Shown here: one piece after another, positions 1 to 10,479 of the stretch
How the letters are laid out: every line of letters starts with the position of its first letter
How positions within the stretch are numbered: position 1 is the stretch's first letter
Assembly: GCA_963827965.1 (NCBI GenBank)
Contig: CAWHCW010000018.1
Coordinates: 120,454 to 184,453 of the forward strand
Origin: an uncultured Chloroflexia bacterium
GTDB lineage: Bacteria > Chloroflexota > Limnocylindria > Limnocylindrales > CSP1-4
Direction of reading: 5' to 3'
DNA length: 64,000 nucleotides
The notes under the pieces: generated by a model
What the model was told of the DNA's origin: nothing
The model's input: the letters and a program-made list of their open reading frames with translations, nothing else
Databases searched by the model: none
Program-made: the position numbers and the translations under genes

Positions 1-2796
1 AGCCGCTCGAGGTCGAGCCGCCCGGGGCCGTCCGGGGGCGAGCCGCGAAGCGCGCGCAGCCGCCCCAGCGCCTCCACCTGCAGCTCACCGAGAGGATCCA
101 GGTAGGGCGCGCGGAGCTCGATGGAGCGCTGCAGGGCAGGAACGCCATCGAGCAGCGCCGCCTGGCCGGTGATCTGGAGGACCGCCCGCACCGATCGAGC
201 GTGCTCGTCCGCGATCCTCGCCGCGAGCCGGGCCCCGGCCGGGCCGGCCAGCCCCAGGTGTCGAGCGGTGATCCGGGGATCCGTGCGGGCCAGGGCGACC
301 TCCGCGTTCTGGACGAGGAGGCGCATGAACGGCCAGGTGCGGTGCAGCCGCTGCAGGCGGGCCATCCCGGCGGTTCCGTGACGACGCCCGAAGGCCTCGA
401 CCGCCGCGCCCAGGCCGTACCAGGCGGGCACGTTCGCCCGGATCTGCGTCCAGGCGAAGACCCACGGGATCGCCCGCAGCGACGCCAGCGTCGGCACTGC
501 CTCCGGCGCCGACCCGCCGCTCCCGCGGGCCGCCGGCCGCGAGCCGAGCCGGAGCCCGGCGATCTGCTCGATGGGCGTGGCGGCGAGGAAGACGGCCTCG
601 AGGTCCGGGTCGTCCCGCGCGAACGCCCGATAGGCGTCCCGGGCGTCGGCGGCCAGCTCGTCCATCAGGTCCGCGCCTTCGCCCGCCGCGGCGGCCACCG
701 ACCGGTCGTGCTCGGGCGTGGAGGCGAGCAGGGTCGCCGAGACGGTCTGCTCCAGCGCCCGCAGCGCCAGCTGCGGGTTCGCGTAGCGGGTGGCGATCAC
801 CTCGCCCTGCTCGGTCAGCTTCAGCCGCCCGGCCACGGAACCCGCCGGCGACGCCAGCACGGCCCGGTGCGTCGGCCCGCCGCCGCGCCCCAGCGCACCC
901 CCGCGGCCGTGGAAGATCGTCAGCTCCACGCCGGCCTCGCTGGCCGCCTCGACCAGCTGCTCCTGGGCCCGGTAGAGGAGCCAGTGCGCCGCGACGATAG
1001 CCCGACTCCTTGTTCGAGTCCGAGTAGCCGAGCATCACCTCCTGGCGATCGCCGCGCGTTCGCAGGTGGGCACGGTAGCCCGGCTCCCGGAAGAGGTCGG
1101 CCAGGATCGCCCGGGCGCCGGCGAGCGCGTCCGCCGACTCGAAGAGGGGCACGACGTCGAGGGCGGGCGTGCCGGGGGCGATCCCCGACGTCCGGGGCGC
1201 GGGGATCGAGCCGTCGGCGGCCCGCCGCGCCAGCTCCAGGACGTCGGCCACGTCCGCGGCGCGCTCCGTGAAGCTGATCACGTAGCGCCGGCAGGCGGCC
1301 TCGCCGAAGCGCCGCTGGGCGACCGCCATGGCTCGGAAGGTGGCCAGGACCTCGCCCGCCGTCACTCCCGGCGCGACCTCGCCATCGATGGCGGGCAGCG
1401 GACCGGCCAGGGCGGCGAGGGCGGCCCGGTGGACGGCGCTGTGCTGGCGGACTTCGAGCGAGGCAAGGTGGAAGCCGAACGTCTCCACCTGCCAGCGCAG
1501 GTCCTGCAGGGCCCCGTGCGCCACGCGGCCCAGGCCGTCCGCCGCGAGCGCCTCGCCCAGCTCGGCCAGCTCGGCGATCAGCGCTTCCGGCCGTTCGTAG
1601 CGGCCGCCCTGGGGACCCGGCAGGCCGGCCAGGTGGGCCCGGGTCCGGACGAGCCGCTCGGCGACGGCCCCCAGGCGGCGACGGTACGGCTCCCGCGGGA
1701 AGCGCTGCTCGAGCTCGCGCATCGTCTCCGACAGGTCGTCCGCGTCGTCGAGCAGGCGACGCGCGATCGAGCCGGGCGTCGACCCCCCGCGGGGCCGCGC
1801 CGCGACGTCGACCATGAGCCTCGCGGCGGCAGCGGCATAGCCGTGCAGGACGTGGTCGGCCTGGATCCGGAGCGCCTCCAGCGTGGTCTCCGCGGTGACG
1901 AACGGATGGCCGTCGCGGTCGCCGCCGATCCACGAGCCCCAGCGCAGGAAGGCCGGCACCCGCGGGGGCCGGGTCCCGGTGCGCCCCGCGTCGGGTGCGG
2001 CGGCCCCCGCCGGGAGGCCCGGCGAGATTCGGTCGAGGGCCGCGTCAAGCGCGCGGTAGAGGCGCGGCGTGGTGGTGAACAGGGTCGCGTCGAAGAAGAC
2101 CATCGCCGAGCGGACCTCGTCGAGCGGGCTGGGCCGCTCCCCGCGAAGGTCGGCCGTGCGCCACAGGACGGTGATCTCCTCGCGCAGGCGGCGGCGCAGG
2201 TCGGCGTCCCCGGCCGGGGTGAGGCGCGCGTCGTCGAGGTCGTCCAGGAGCCCGTAGACGCGGCGCAGGGCGAGGAGGACCGTCCGTCGGCGGGCCTCGG
2301 TGGGATGGGCGGTCAGGACCGGGGATACCCGCAGTGCCGCCAGCCTCGCCACGACGGCGTCGAGGTCATCGCCGGCGGCGGCAAGGCGCACGACGGCCGC
2401 CGCCACGGATCCCCGGGTCGGCGCCCCGGCCGCGGCGCGATCGCGACGCCCCAGGGCCCGCACGCGCTCCTTCTCCTCGGCCAGGTTGGCGAGCTGGAAG
2501 AAGGTGCTGAAGGCCCGGGCGAGCATCGCCAGGTCCGCCACGTCAAGCGCGGCGAGCGCCTCGTGGAGGTCGGACGCGCCGGGGGGTGCGTCGGGCCGGC
2601 GAAGGGCGATGGCGCGGCCCCGCACGCGCTCCACCAGGTCGAGCGCCGCGGGACCCTCCTGCTCGGCGATGACCTGGCCCAGGAGCGCTCCCAGCAGGCG
2701 CACCTCGCGGGCGAGCGGGTCCCGGGCACGGGCCGTCCCCACCGAGCGCGGCTCGGCGCGGATGGCCCGGTTCTCGGTGGCGCGGGGTCGCGTCAC
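1..2796 (-). pseudogene. ppc: phosphoenolpyruvate carboxylase; 3' end lies beyond the window start; one frame break near 1000
   Basis: The minus-strand translation has the PEPC signatures VLTAHPTE and MLGYSDSNKESGY (ORF 85..3096). One frame over it reads FHGRGGALGRGGGP (about 870-915) and continues to base 1. One extra base around 997-1003 separates the two frames. The GTG at 2796 overlaps the mutY stop (GTGA). Confidence 0.9.
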
Positions 2797-3740
2797 GCCG
2801 ACTCGGCGGAGCCCGCCAGGCGAGCCCGTCCCGCCGCGTCGAGCTCCACGATGCCATCGCGGGCGAGCCCCGCCAGGGCCCGGGCGACGGCCTCCTCCGA
2901 GTGGGCGCCGAGCGGCCCATCGACGGCGAGGGCGACCCCGGGCGCGGCGTCCCGCAGCCGGTCGACGAGCCGGCCGCGGAGCCAGCGCGTCGTCCGCTCG
3001 AAGGGGAGGATGGCTGCCCGGGCGGACGCTCTCCGGGGGGCCGCGGCGAGCGACGTCGCGGCCGGTGTCCTTGCCGGCGTCCGCGCCGTCCGGCACCAGG
3101 GCCGGGCCGGGCAGGATGGGCAGGACGGCCGAACCGGCCGGCAGATCGTGGCGCCGATGTCCATCAGGGCGTGCGTCCAGGTTCCCGGCCGACGGGCGTC
3201 AACCAGCGCGTCGGCGGCCGCCTGCACGGTCGCCGGCGCGACCGCGGACGGATCGGCCGCCAGGATCCGGCCGACGACGCGGCGGACGTTGACGTCGACC
3301 GCGCCGACCGGCAGCCCGAAGGCGATCGCCGCGACGGCGCGGGCGGTGTAGGGCCCCACTCCCGGGCAACGCCATGAGCGCCTCGACGTCGCCCGGAACG
3401 GCGCCGCCCGCCGCCGCGATCGCCACCGCGGTGCGATGGAGGCCCAGCGCGCGGCGGTTGTAGCCCAGGCCGCGCCAGGCGCGGATCGCATCCGCCGGGC
3501 TGGCAGCGGCCATCGCGGCCGGCGTGGGGAAGGCGGCCATGAAGGCCGGCCAGCGCTCCTCGACCCGGCTGACCTGGGTCTGCTGGGCCATCACCTCGGA
3601 GACGAGGACGCCCCACGGGTCCAGGTGGCCGTCCACCCGGAACTCGAGCTCGCGACCATGCTCCCCGAACCAGGCGAGGACGGCCCGGCGCAGGGCCCCC
3701 CGCCGGGCGGGGGCCGGCAGGACGGCAGGCGGCGGGGAGG
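2793..3740 (-). pseudogene. mutY: A/G-specific adenine DNA glycosylase; one frame break near 3365; start codon unresolved
   Basis: ORF 2793..3491 has the HhH-GPD motif LPGVGPYTARAVAAIAFG and the Fe-S loop C-x6-C-x2-C-x5-C (CRPVRPSCPSCPARPWC). The N-terminal half (VLVSEVMAQQTQV, WRGLGYNRRA) is in the frame of ORF 3199..4212. The junction reads cccggg-a-gtgggg, which is one extra base. Confidence 0.85.
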
Positions 3741-3844
3741 GCGGGGAGGGCTGCGGGGCGGGGCGACGCGACGCGTCGTGGCTGACCGGGCGGCACGCGG
3801 TGCCGAGGCGGGCGGGGCGGCCTGCGGCACCGGCGGTGACGGCA

Positions 3845-4186
3845 CTACTGCCCGGGAATGACCAGGACGGTCCCGATCCGCATCGTCCGCGGGTCGACGT
3901 CGGGATTGGCGGCCCGCAGGTCGGCCAGGCTGATCCCATACGCCACGGCGATCTCCCACATCGTGTCGCCCTTCTTGACGGTGTAGCGCTCGCCGGAGAG
4001 CGGCGTGGCGGCGGGCTCCTCGGTGGCGGCGGGCGTCTCGCCAGCCGTCGGCTCCTCCGTGGCCGCGTAGATGTCCGTCGGGGCCGGCGTCTGGGACCCG
4101 GTCGGGGCAGGGGTCGGCGTGGCACCGCCGCCACAGGCGGCGACGAGACCGAGGATGACCACCAGGATCGCGAACCGCCGGCGCAT
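3845..4186 (-). CDS. LysM-domain lipoprotein
   Basis: This is the C-terminal 113 codons of ORF 3845..4708. It starts MRRRFAILVVILGLVAACGGG (lipobox LVAAC), continues with a T/P/E-rich linker, and ends in a LysM motif (YTVKKGDTMWEIAVAYGISLADLRAANP). The ATG at 4184-4186 is in frame. Confidence 0.8.
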   Translation of the reverse strand: MRRRFAILVVILGLVAACGGGATPTPAPTGSQTPAPTDIYAATEEPTAGETPAATEEPAATPLSGERYTVKKGDTMWEIAVAYGISLADLRAANPDVDPRTMRIGTVLVIPGQ

Positions 4187-4326
4187 CTCCACTCCTCCAG
4201 CTCGCCCACCATGGACGGCGCGCCGGATCCGGCGCACCGCCGACCTCGGCGCCCGTGTGCAGCCTACGACGAACCGGCCGCCGCCGGCGTGACCGTCCGG
4301 CGGCGACGCTGCGCCGCGCGAGCGGG

Positions 4327-5073
4327 TCAGCCGTCGAGGCCGAGGAGGCGCGGCACGCTCGTTCCGGCCGGCCCCCCGACGACGTGGTCGAAGGCCCCCG
4401 CGTTGGCGGCGGGGTCGAGGTTCGCCAGCCACGTCTGCGCACCGTGGTGGCGGGCCAGCTGCACGTACCCCGCGGCGGGGTAGACGGTGCCGGACGTCCC
4501 GACGGCAAGGAAGACGAACGGGGCACCGGCCGCGTCGCGCATGAAGCGATCGACACGCTGCGTGGTGGCCGGGTCCAGCATCTCCCCGAACCAGACGATG
4601 TCCGGTCGCAGGAGCGCGCCACACGCGCAGCGCGGGAGCGGTGGCGCCACGGGGAAGGTGTCGTCGACAGAGGGCGGGCGCATGCAGCGGCTGCAACGCG
4701 TCCGCCACAGGGTCCCGTGGATCTCCACCAGGCGGACGCTCCCGGCCCGCGCGTGCAGCCCGTCGACGTTCTGGGTCGCCAGCAGGAAGCGGTCGCCGAG
4801 CCGCGCCTCCAGGGCCACCAGGGCCCGGTGGGCGTCATTCGGCTCCGCCGCCGCGGCGTCCCGGCGCCGGGCGGAGTAGAAGCGCCAGACCAGCTCGGGG
4901 TCGGCGGCGAAGCCCTCCGGCGAGGCGACCTGCTCCACGGGGTGTCCGTCCCACAGCCCGCCGGCGCCGCGGAACGTCGCCAGGCCGCTCTCCGCCGAGA
5001 TCCCGGCCCCGGTCAGGACCAGGACCCGCGTGCGCTCGTCGATGGGGATCCGGGCGTCCCGCGCCTCGCTCAT
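4327..5073 (-). CDS. cobB: NAD-dependent protein deacylase, Sir2 family
   Basis: The ORF is an intact 248 aa. It has GAGISAESGLATFRG, QNVDGLH and a Cys-x2-Cys...Cys-x-Cys zinc module (CSRC...CAC). Confidence 0.9.
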   Translation of the reverse strand: MSEARDARIPIDERTRVLVLTGAGISAESGLATFRGAGGLWDGHPVEQVASPEGFAADPELVWRFYSARRRDAAAAEPNDAHRALVALEARLGDRFLLATQNVDGLHARAGSVRLVEIHGTLWRTRCSRCMRPPSVDDTFPVAPPLPRCACGALLRPDIVWFGEMLDPATTQRVDRFMRDAAGAPFVFLAVGTSGTVYPAAGYVQLARHHGAQTWLANLDPAANAGAFDHVVGGPAGTSVPRLLGLDG

Positions 5074-5100
5074 GCCCCGGATCCCCGTCGCCCGCCTCCC

Positions 5101-6560
5101 TCAGACGCCCGTGTTGATCATCACGTGCTTGACGAACGTGTAGTCCTCGAGCGCGTACATGGAGCCGTCCTTGCCCCAGCCGGACTCCTTGACGCCGCCG
5201 TGCGGCGTCTCGGACGTCAGGGTGAAGTGCTCGTTGATCCAGACGGTGCCCGAACTCGAGCGCCTTGCGCGACCCGCATCGCCCGGCCGATGTCGCCGGT
5301 GAAGATCGACGAGGCGAGGCCGTACTTGCACGTCGTTCGCCCAGGCGACCGCCTGCTCCTCGTCGCTGAAGCGCTGGACGGTGACGACCGGGACCGAAGA
5401 CCTCGTCCTGGACGATCTCGCTCCTCTGGTCCGGGCCGGCGATGAGCGTCGGCTCGAAGTAGGCGCCGGCCCGGGCCGGGCGCGTCGCCGCCGACGACGA
5501 GCTCGCGCCCGGCGCCTCGAGGGCGCGGTCGACCATCCCCTCGACCTTGTCGGCCTGGGCCTGGGCGATGAGCGAGCCCATGTCGATGTCGTCGCCCTCG
5601 GCCGGATCGCCCCACTTGATCGTGCGGACCTGGTCGGCCAGCCTGGCCAGGAAGTTGTCGTAGACCTTCGGGCCCGGCGATGACGCGGCAGGCGGCGGTG
5701 CAGTCCTGGCCGGCGTTCCAGTAGCCGGCGGACTTGAGCGTCTCGGCCGCGAGGTCCAGGTCGGCGTCGTCGAAGACGATGACCGGGCGCCTTGCCGCCG
5801 AGCTCGAGGTGGAGCCGCTTGACCGTGTCCGGCCGCGATGCGGGCGATCTGCTTGCCGGTCACCGTGTCGCCGGTGATCGAGATCATCCGGACCTTCGGG
5901 TGGCCGACCAGCGAGGTCGCCCATCTCGCCGCCGGTGCCGGTGATGACGTTGAGGACGCCCGGCCGGCAGGATGCTCGGCGACGAGTCTCGGCGAAGGCG
6001 AGGGCCGTCAGCGGCGTGCGGGCGGACGGCTTGAGGACGACCGTGTTGCCGGTCGCGAGCGCCGGGCCCAGCTTCCAGGCGGCCATGTACAGCGGGTAGT
6101 TCCAGGGCGCGATGCGAGGCCACGACGCCGACCGGGTCCCGCCGGATGATCGAGGTGTGGCCGGCCGAGGTACTCGGTGACCGCCAGGCCCTCCATCACG
6201 CGGCAGGCGCCGGCGAAGAAGCGGAAGAGGTCGACGCAGACGGCCATCTCGTCGATGGCGGCGCCGAGCGGCTTGCCGGCGTTGCGCGCTCTCGAGGCGG
6301 CCGAGCTCGTCGGCGCGCGCCTCGAGGGCGTCGGCGATCTTGAGCAGGAGCGAGGCTGCGCGTCCTGCGGGGTCGTGTGCGCCCAGCTCGCGAAGGCGGT
6401 CGCGGCAGCGTCGACGGCGCGGTCCACGTCCTCCTGGCCGCTGGCGGGCACGCGTGGCGATCGACCTCGTCGCGTGGCCGGGTTCTCGACGTCGAGCGTC
6501 TCGCCGCTCGGCGGCGTCGACCCACGCGCCGCCGATGAACTGCTGGTACGTCTCGATCAT
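5101..6560 (-). pseudogene. NAD(P)-dependent aldehyde dehydrogenase with at least six frame breaks
   Basis: The N-terminus MIETYQQFIGGAWVDA starts at 6560. Conserved blocks are spread over all three minus frames: ARNAGKPLGAAIDEM, IAPWNYPLYMAAWKLGPALATGNTVVLKPS, VIVFDDADLD, YFEPTLI...EVFGP and the C-terminal ESGWGKDGSMYALEDYTFVKHVMINTGV ending at 5101. Confidence 0.85.
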
Positions 6561-6756
6561 GTGCGGGTTCCTCTCGCGCTGGCTGCTGCGTGCGATGGCT
6601 GCGATTGTGCGCCCGGGTCGCGGGAGAGGGGAACCCCGGGCGCGCCCGGTGCGACACCGTCCCTGCGGTGCCGCCCGTCACACGGACCGGAACCCTGCGT
6701 ACAATCGGGAGGTCCCGGCCGCGGGGCGCCGGCAGCGCAGTTGAGGGAGGCCGCCC

Positions 6757-7161
6757 GTGGCCAACCAGTTCGTCGTCCAGTTCCCGAACGTCCCGGGCTC
6801 CCTCGCCGACCTGTCCGAGCGCCTGGCCGAGGCGGGCGTCGACCTGCGCGCGATCGGGGGCGGCGGCATCGGCGACCGCGGTCACGTGATCTTCAAGACC
6901 GCCGACGACGACGCGACGAGGGCGATCCTGGAGCGCGGCGGCTACGAGTACATCGAGGGCGAATCCCTCCTCGTCGAGGTCGACGACCAGCCGGGCAGCA
7001 TGGCCCGCGTCGCCCGCCGGCTGGCCGACGCCGGCGTCAACATCTACGGCCACCTGTTCATCGGGCGCTGGGGGGACCAGGCCCAGTTCAGCTTCGTCGT
7101 CAGCGACATCGAGGCGGCCCGGGCGGCGCTCGAGGGCCTGAGCTCCATCCACGCGGGCTGA
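6757..7161 (+). CDS. ACT-domain protein (two ACT-like halves)
   Basis: The ORF is an intact 134 aa. Two repeats of the motif type PGSLADLSERLAEAGVDL / PGSMARVARRLADAGVNI are typical of ACT ligand-binding domains. Confidence 0.7.
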   Translation: MANQFVVQFPNVPGSLADLSERLAEAGVDLRAIGGGGIGDRGHVIFKTADDDATRAILERGGYEYIEGESLLVEVDDQPGSMARVARRLADAGVNIYGHLFIGRWGDQAQFSFVVSDIEAARAALEGLSSIHAG

Positions 7162-7176
7162 CGCGGGCGGGGCTCG

Positions 7177-8019
7177 ATGCACCCCTGGCGCGAGGTCGGA
7201 TCCGGCGTCTACGTCCGCCGCTACCCGTTCCTGGACCAGACGATCGGGGCGATCCTGGGGCGTGAGCGGGTGCTCGTGATCGACGCGCGGGCGACGACCC
7301 TCCAGGCCCGCGAGCTGATCGAGGACCTGCGCCAGCTGACGCGGCTTCCCTGGGTCGTCGCCAACACCCACGTCCACTTCGACCACGCCTTCGGCAACGC
7401 GGCCTTCCGGCCGTGCGAGATCTGGTCCCATGCCGGCTGTGCCGAGGCGCTGCGCCTCCACGGGCCCGCCCAGCGCGAGAACGTCGTGCGCTGGGTCCCC
7501 GACCTCGCCGAGGAGCTGCGCTCGACGCCGCTCGACCCGCCCGACCGGACCTTCGAGGACGGCGTGGACCTCGACCTCGGCGGCCGCGTCGTGGAGCTCC
7601 GCCACCTGGGGCGCGGTCATACCGACCACGACGTCGTCGTCCGCTCGCCGGACACCGGCATCCTCTTCGCCGGCGACCTCGTGGAGCAGGGGGCGCCGCC
7701 GGGCTTCGAGGACTCGTTCCCGCTCGACTGGCCGGCGACGCTGGGCATGCTCCTCGACCTTGCCGACGACGTGGTGGTGCCCGGCCACGGCGAGCCCGTC
7801 TCGCGCGACTTCGTCGAGAACCAGCTGACCGAGGTTGCCTTCCTGGCGGAGACCGCCCGCCGGGCCTGGCCCGAGCTGCGCGACTCCGGGCACGACCCCC
7901 GGGGCCACGCCCCGCATCCCCTCGTGGACGAGGCCGCGCGCTACCTCGGCTGGCCGTCGGAGCCGGTCCACGCGGCCCTGGGGCGCGCCCTCGCCCAGGC
8001 GGCCGGACGCCTCCCGTAG
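7177..8019 (+). CDS. MBL-fold metallo-hydrolase
   Basis: The ORF is an intact 280 aa with the THVHFDHAFGN (HxHxDH) motif and a later GHTDHD / PGHG histidine set. Confidence 0.85.
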   Translation: MHPWREVGSGVYVRRYPFLDQTIGAILGRERVLVIDARATTLQARELIEDLRQLTRLPWVVANTHVHFDHAFGNAAFRPCEIWSHAGCAEALRLHGPAQRENVVRWVPDLAEELRSTPLDPPDRTFEDGVDLDLGGRVVELRHLGRGHTDHDVVVRSPDTGILFAGDLVEQGAPPGFEDSFPLDWPATLGMLLDLADDVVVPGHGEPVSRDFVENQLTEVAFLAETARRAWPELRDSGHDPRGHAPHPLVDEAARYLGWPSEPVHAALGRALAQAAGRLP

Positions 8020-8098
8020 GCGGCGGACAATCGCCCGGCGTCGCTCGCCGGACGCAGCGTCGAGGCGCAGCGGGCCGGGCGCGTCGGCCTCGCCCCGG

Positions 8099-9402
8099 TC
8101 AGTCGAGCGAGGACTCGACCAGGTCGTGCTCGCGCCGTGCCGCTCGCCCGGCCAGCTCGGCCAGCGTCGCGAGGAGCCGGTCGACCTCGTCGAACGTCGT
8201 GTAGTGGACCATGCCGAGCCGGACGACGCCGCCGGTCGCGGCCAGTCCCAGGTCCTCGATGAGCGTCGTGGCGTAGAAGTCGCCGTCCCAGGCGTAGATC
8301 CCCGCCGCCGCGAGCGCCTCCGCCAGGCCGCGCGGCGTCCAGCCGGCCAGCGTCACCGCGAACGTCGGCGTCCGCTCGCGCGACGCGGGCCGGGTCCGCC
8401 AGGCCGTGGACCGCCAGGCCGGGGATGGCGGCGAGCCCCGCCAGCACGCGGGCGGACAGGCGGCGCTCGTGGGCCTCGATCGCCCGCATGCCGGCGACCA
8501 GCCGGCCGCGTCGCGGCGTGCCCGCCGCGGCGCCGGCCTCGACGGCCCCGAACCGCTCGCCGACGTCGGCGAGGTACTCCACCGCGGCGAGCGTCCCGGC
8601 GATCCCCTCGTGGTTCTGGGTGCCGGTCTCCCAGCGGTCGGCGGCCGGCCGGACCTTGTAGGCCGGCAGGGACGTCGAGCAGCTCCCCCCGCCCCCACAG
8701 GATCCCGACGTGCGGCCCGAAGAACTTGTAGGCCGAGCAGGCCAGGAAGTCCGTCCCCAGGCTCGCCACGTCGAGCGGCCCGTGCGGCGCGTAGTGGACG
8801 GCGTCGACGAACGTCCAGGCCCCGACGGCGTGCGCCCGGCGCACGATCTCCGCGACCGGGTTGACCGTGCCCACCGCGTTGGAGGCGCAGCCGACGGCGA
8901 CCAGCCGCGTGCGCTCGGAGAGGGCGGCGTCCAGGGAGTCCAGGTCGAGCGTGCAGGCGGCCGGGTCGACCGCGATCTCGCGGACCGTCGCCCCCGCGTC
9001 GGCCGCGGCCGCGATCCACGGCGCCCGGTTCGCCTCGTGGTCGAGGCGCGAGATCACGACCTCGTCGCCGGGGCGCAGGACGCGGGCGATGGAGCGCGAG
9101 AGGGCGAAGGTGAGCGACGTCATGTTCTGGCCGAACTTCACCTCCGCCGGCGATGCGGCGCCCAGGAGGTCGGCCACGGCGGCGTGCGCCTCCTCGAGCG
9201 ATCGCGTCGCTGCGGACGCTCGTGGCGAAGGCGCCGTCGTGTTGGCGTTCGATTCGCGGTAGTAGTCGGCCACCGCGTCGATGACACGCTGCGGCACCTG
9301 CGTCCCGCCGGGCCCGTCGAGGAAGACCACCGGGCGGCCGTCCTGGCGGGCAGCCAGCGCGGGGAACTGCGGGCGAAGGAGGACGGGGTCGAAGCTTGGC
9401 AT
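8099..9402 (-). pseudogene. class-V aminotransferase / cysteine desulfurase-like protein with at least two frame breaks
   Basis: MPSFDPVLLRPQFPAL starts at 9402 in the frame of ORF 8353..10326. It runs through SNAVGTVNPV and FLACSAYKFFGPHVGILWGR (PLP-Lys region). It then continues in the frames of ORFs 7941..8582 and 8099..10198, ending ...VRLGMVHYTTFDEVDRLL. Confidence 0.75.
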
Positions 9403-9822
9403 CGGGCTCCTCGGGATCGGGCGGGCGGCGAGACCATTGTGGCCCGGCGCGCCGCAGGCCGCGAGGCGTCGCGGGTTGCGGGTCGCCGCGGGCCGCCGGC
9501 GCGTCGCGGGCCATGGTCGTCGGCTCACCGGGACCATGGTCCCCCGGACGCACGGGCCATAGCGCGAGGGCAACGGCAGCGGCGACCATGCGAGCGTGAC
9601 GCATCGAGCCAACCGCCAGCCCGCCACCCTCCCCCGACGCCGCGGCATGCGCGCGTCCTGGTTCCGCGGTCGCGCGCCCGAGCTCGACGCGGCGCACGAT
9701 CTCGAGGTCCCGGCCCAGGACGGCGGGACGACGCCAACGAACGCCGGCGCCGCCGGTCCGTCCGCGGGGTCCGTGGTGCCACCCGTGCGCCCGGCCTCCG
9801 GCAACCAGACCTTCTGAGCGAC

Positions 9823-10341
9823 ATGGCGGTCGCCCACCTCCCCGTCTGCCTGGAGTGCGGAACCCTCGCTCGGCGGCCCGGCATCGCGGTCTGCGGTCGC
9901 TGCGGGCTCGCCTTCGGCGAACGGCCCCGCGACGATGCGGCGCTGCCGGCCTGCCCCGTCTGCTATCGCGAGGTCGACGACGACGGCCTCCTGCCGTCGC
10001 CCCAGGCGGCGGGGCGCCGCGTCGCTCTGCCGCAGCACGTCGACGACCACGACCGGGCACCCGTCGGCGACGACGACTGGCTCGAGACGCTCCGGGAGGG
10101 CGATCGCGTCCGCATCGGCCGCTGGAGGGCTCCCTTCGATCTCGTCCGCCGCTACCTCGTGACCGGGGTCGTCGACGCGGGCCGGTCGCGCGCTGCACGC
10201 CACGACGCCATCGTCACGGCCATGACCCAGCTCGCGCGGTGGGGCCGCGACGTCGCCGTCTTCGGCGACCAGCCGGAGTGGTCGGAGGCTCGGGCGGCCG
10301 TCGGCGACCTCATCGAGCGCTACCACCGGGGACGCCGGTAG
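9823..10341 (+). CDS. hypothetical Cys-rich (three CxxC) protein
   Basis: An in-frame ATG at 9823 lies within ORF 8710..10341. The product starts MAVAHLPVCLECG...VCGRCG...ACPVCYRE, followed by about 120 aa with no motif I recognise. Confidence 0.5.
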   Translation: MAVAHLPVCLECGTLARRPGIAVCGRCGLAFGERPRDDAALPACPVCYREVDDDGLLPSPQAAGRRVALPQHVDDHDRAPVGDDDWLETLREGDRVRIGRWRAPFDLVRRYLVTGVVDAGRSRAARHDAIVTAMTQLARWGRDVAVFGDQPEWSEARAAVGDLIERYHRGRR

Positions 10342-10383
10342 GAGGCCTCCCCTCCATCGGGCGCTGCCCGCGTCCCTGACGAG

Positions 10384-10405
10384 CGTCTCGACTCGTCGCG
10401 AGACG
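10384..10405. terminator. GC hairpin between convergent genes (possible bidirectional terminator)
   Basis: cgtctcg-actcgtcg-cgagacg forms a 7-bp stem with an 8-nt loop, followed by a second cgagacg copy. There is no U-tract. Confidence 0.25.
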
Positions 10406-10479
10406 CGAGACGCGCGACGCGAGATGCCGGCCTCGATCGCGCGGTCCTCAAGCGTCCCGTCGCGCCGGGAGCGGAACCG

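Noticed and set aside
201-3351. Long plus-strand ORFs (201..1271, 1066..3351, 2300..3292) lie opposite ppc and mutY.
   Set aside because: They have Arg/Gly/Pro-rich composition typical of antisense shadow frames in high-GC DNA. The minus strand carries unambiguous PEPC and MutY motifs.
5101-6560. The frame-broken genes could be cases of programmed ribosomal frameshifting.
   Set aside because: There are up to ten shifts per gene, with no shared slippery motif or stimulatory structure at the junctions I read. Sequence error or decay is far more plausible.
10341-10350. The GGAGGCCTCC palindrome right after the stop at 10341 could be a terminator.
   Set aside because: It is a 10-bp palindrome with no loop, so it cannot form a stable hairpin. 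I kept only the nearby 7-bp stem as a weak candidate.
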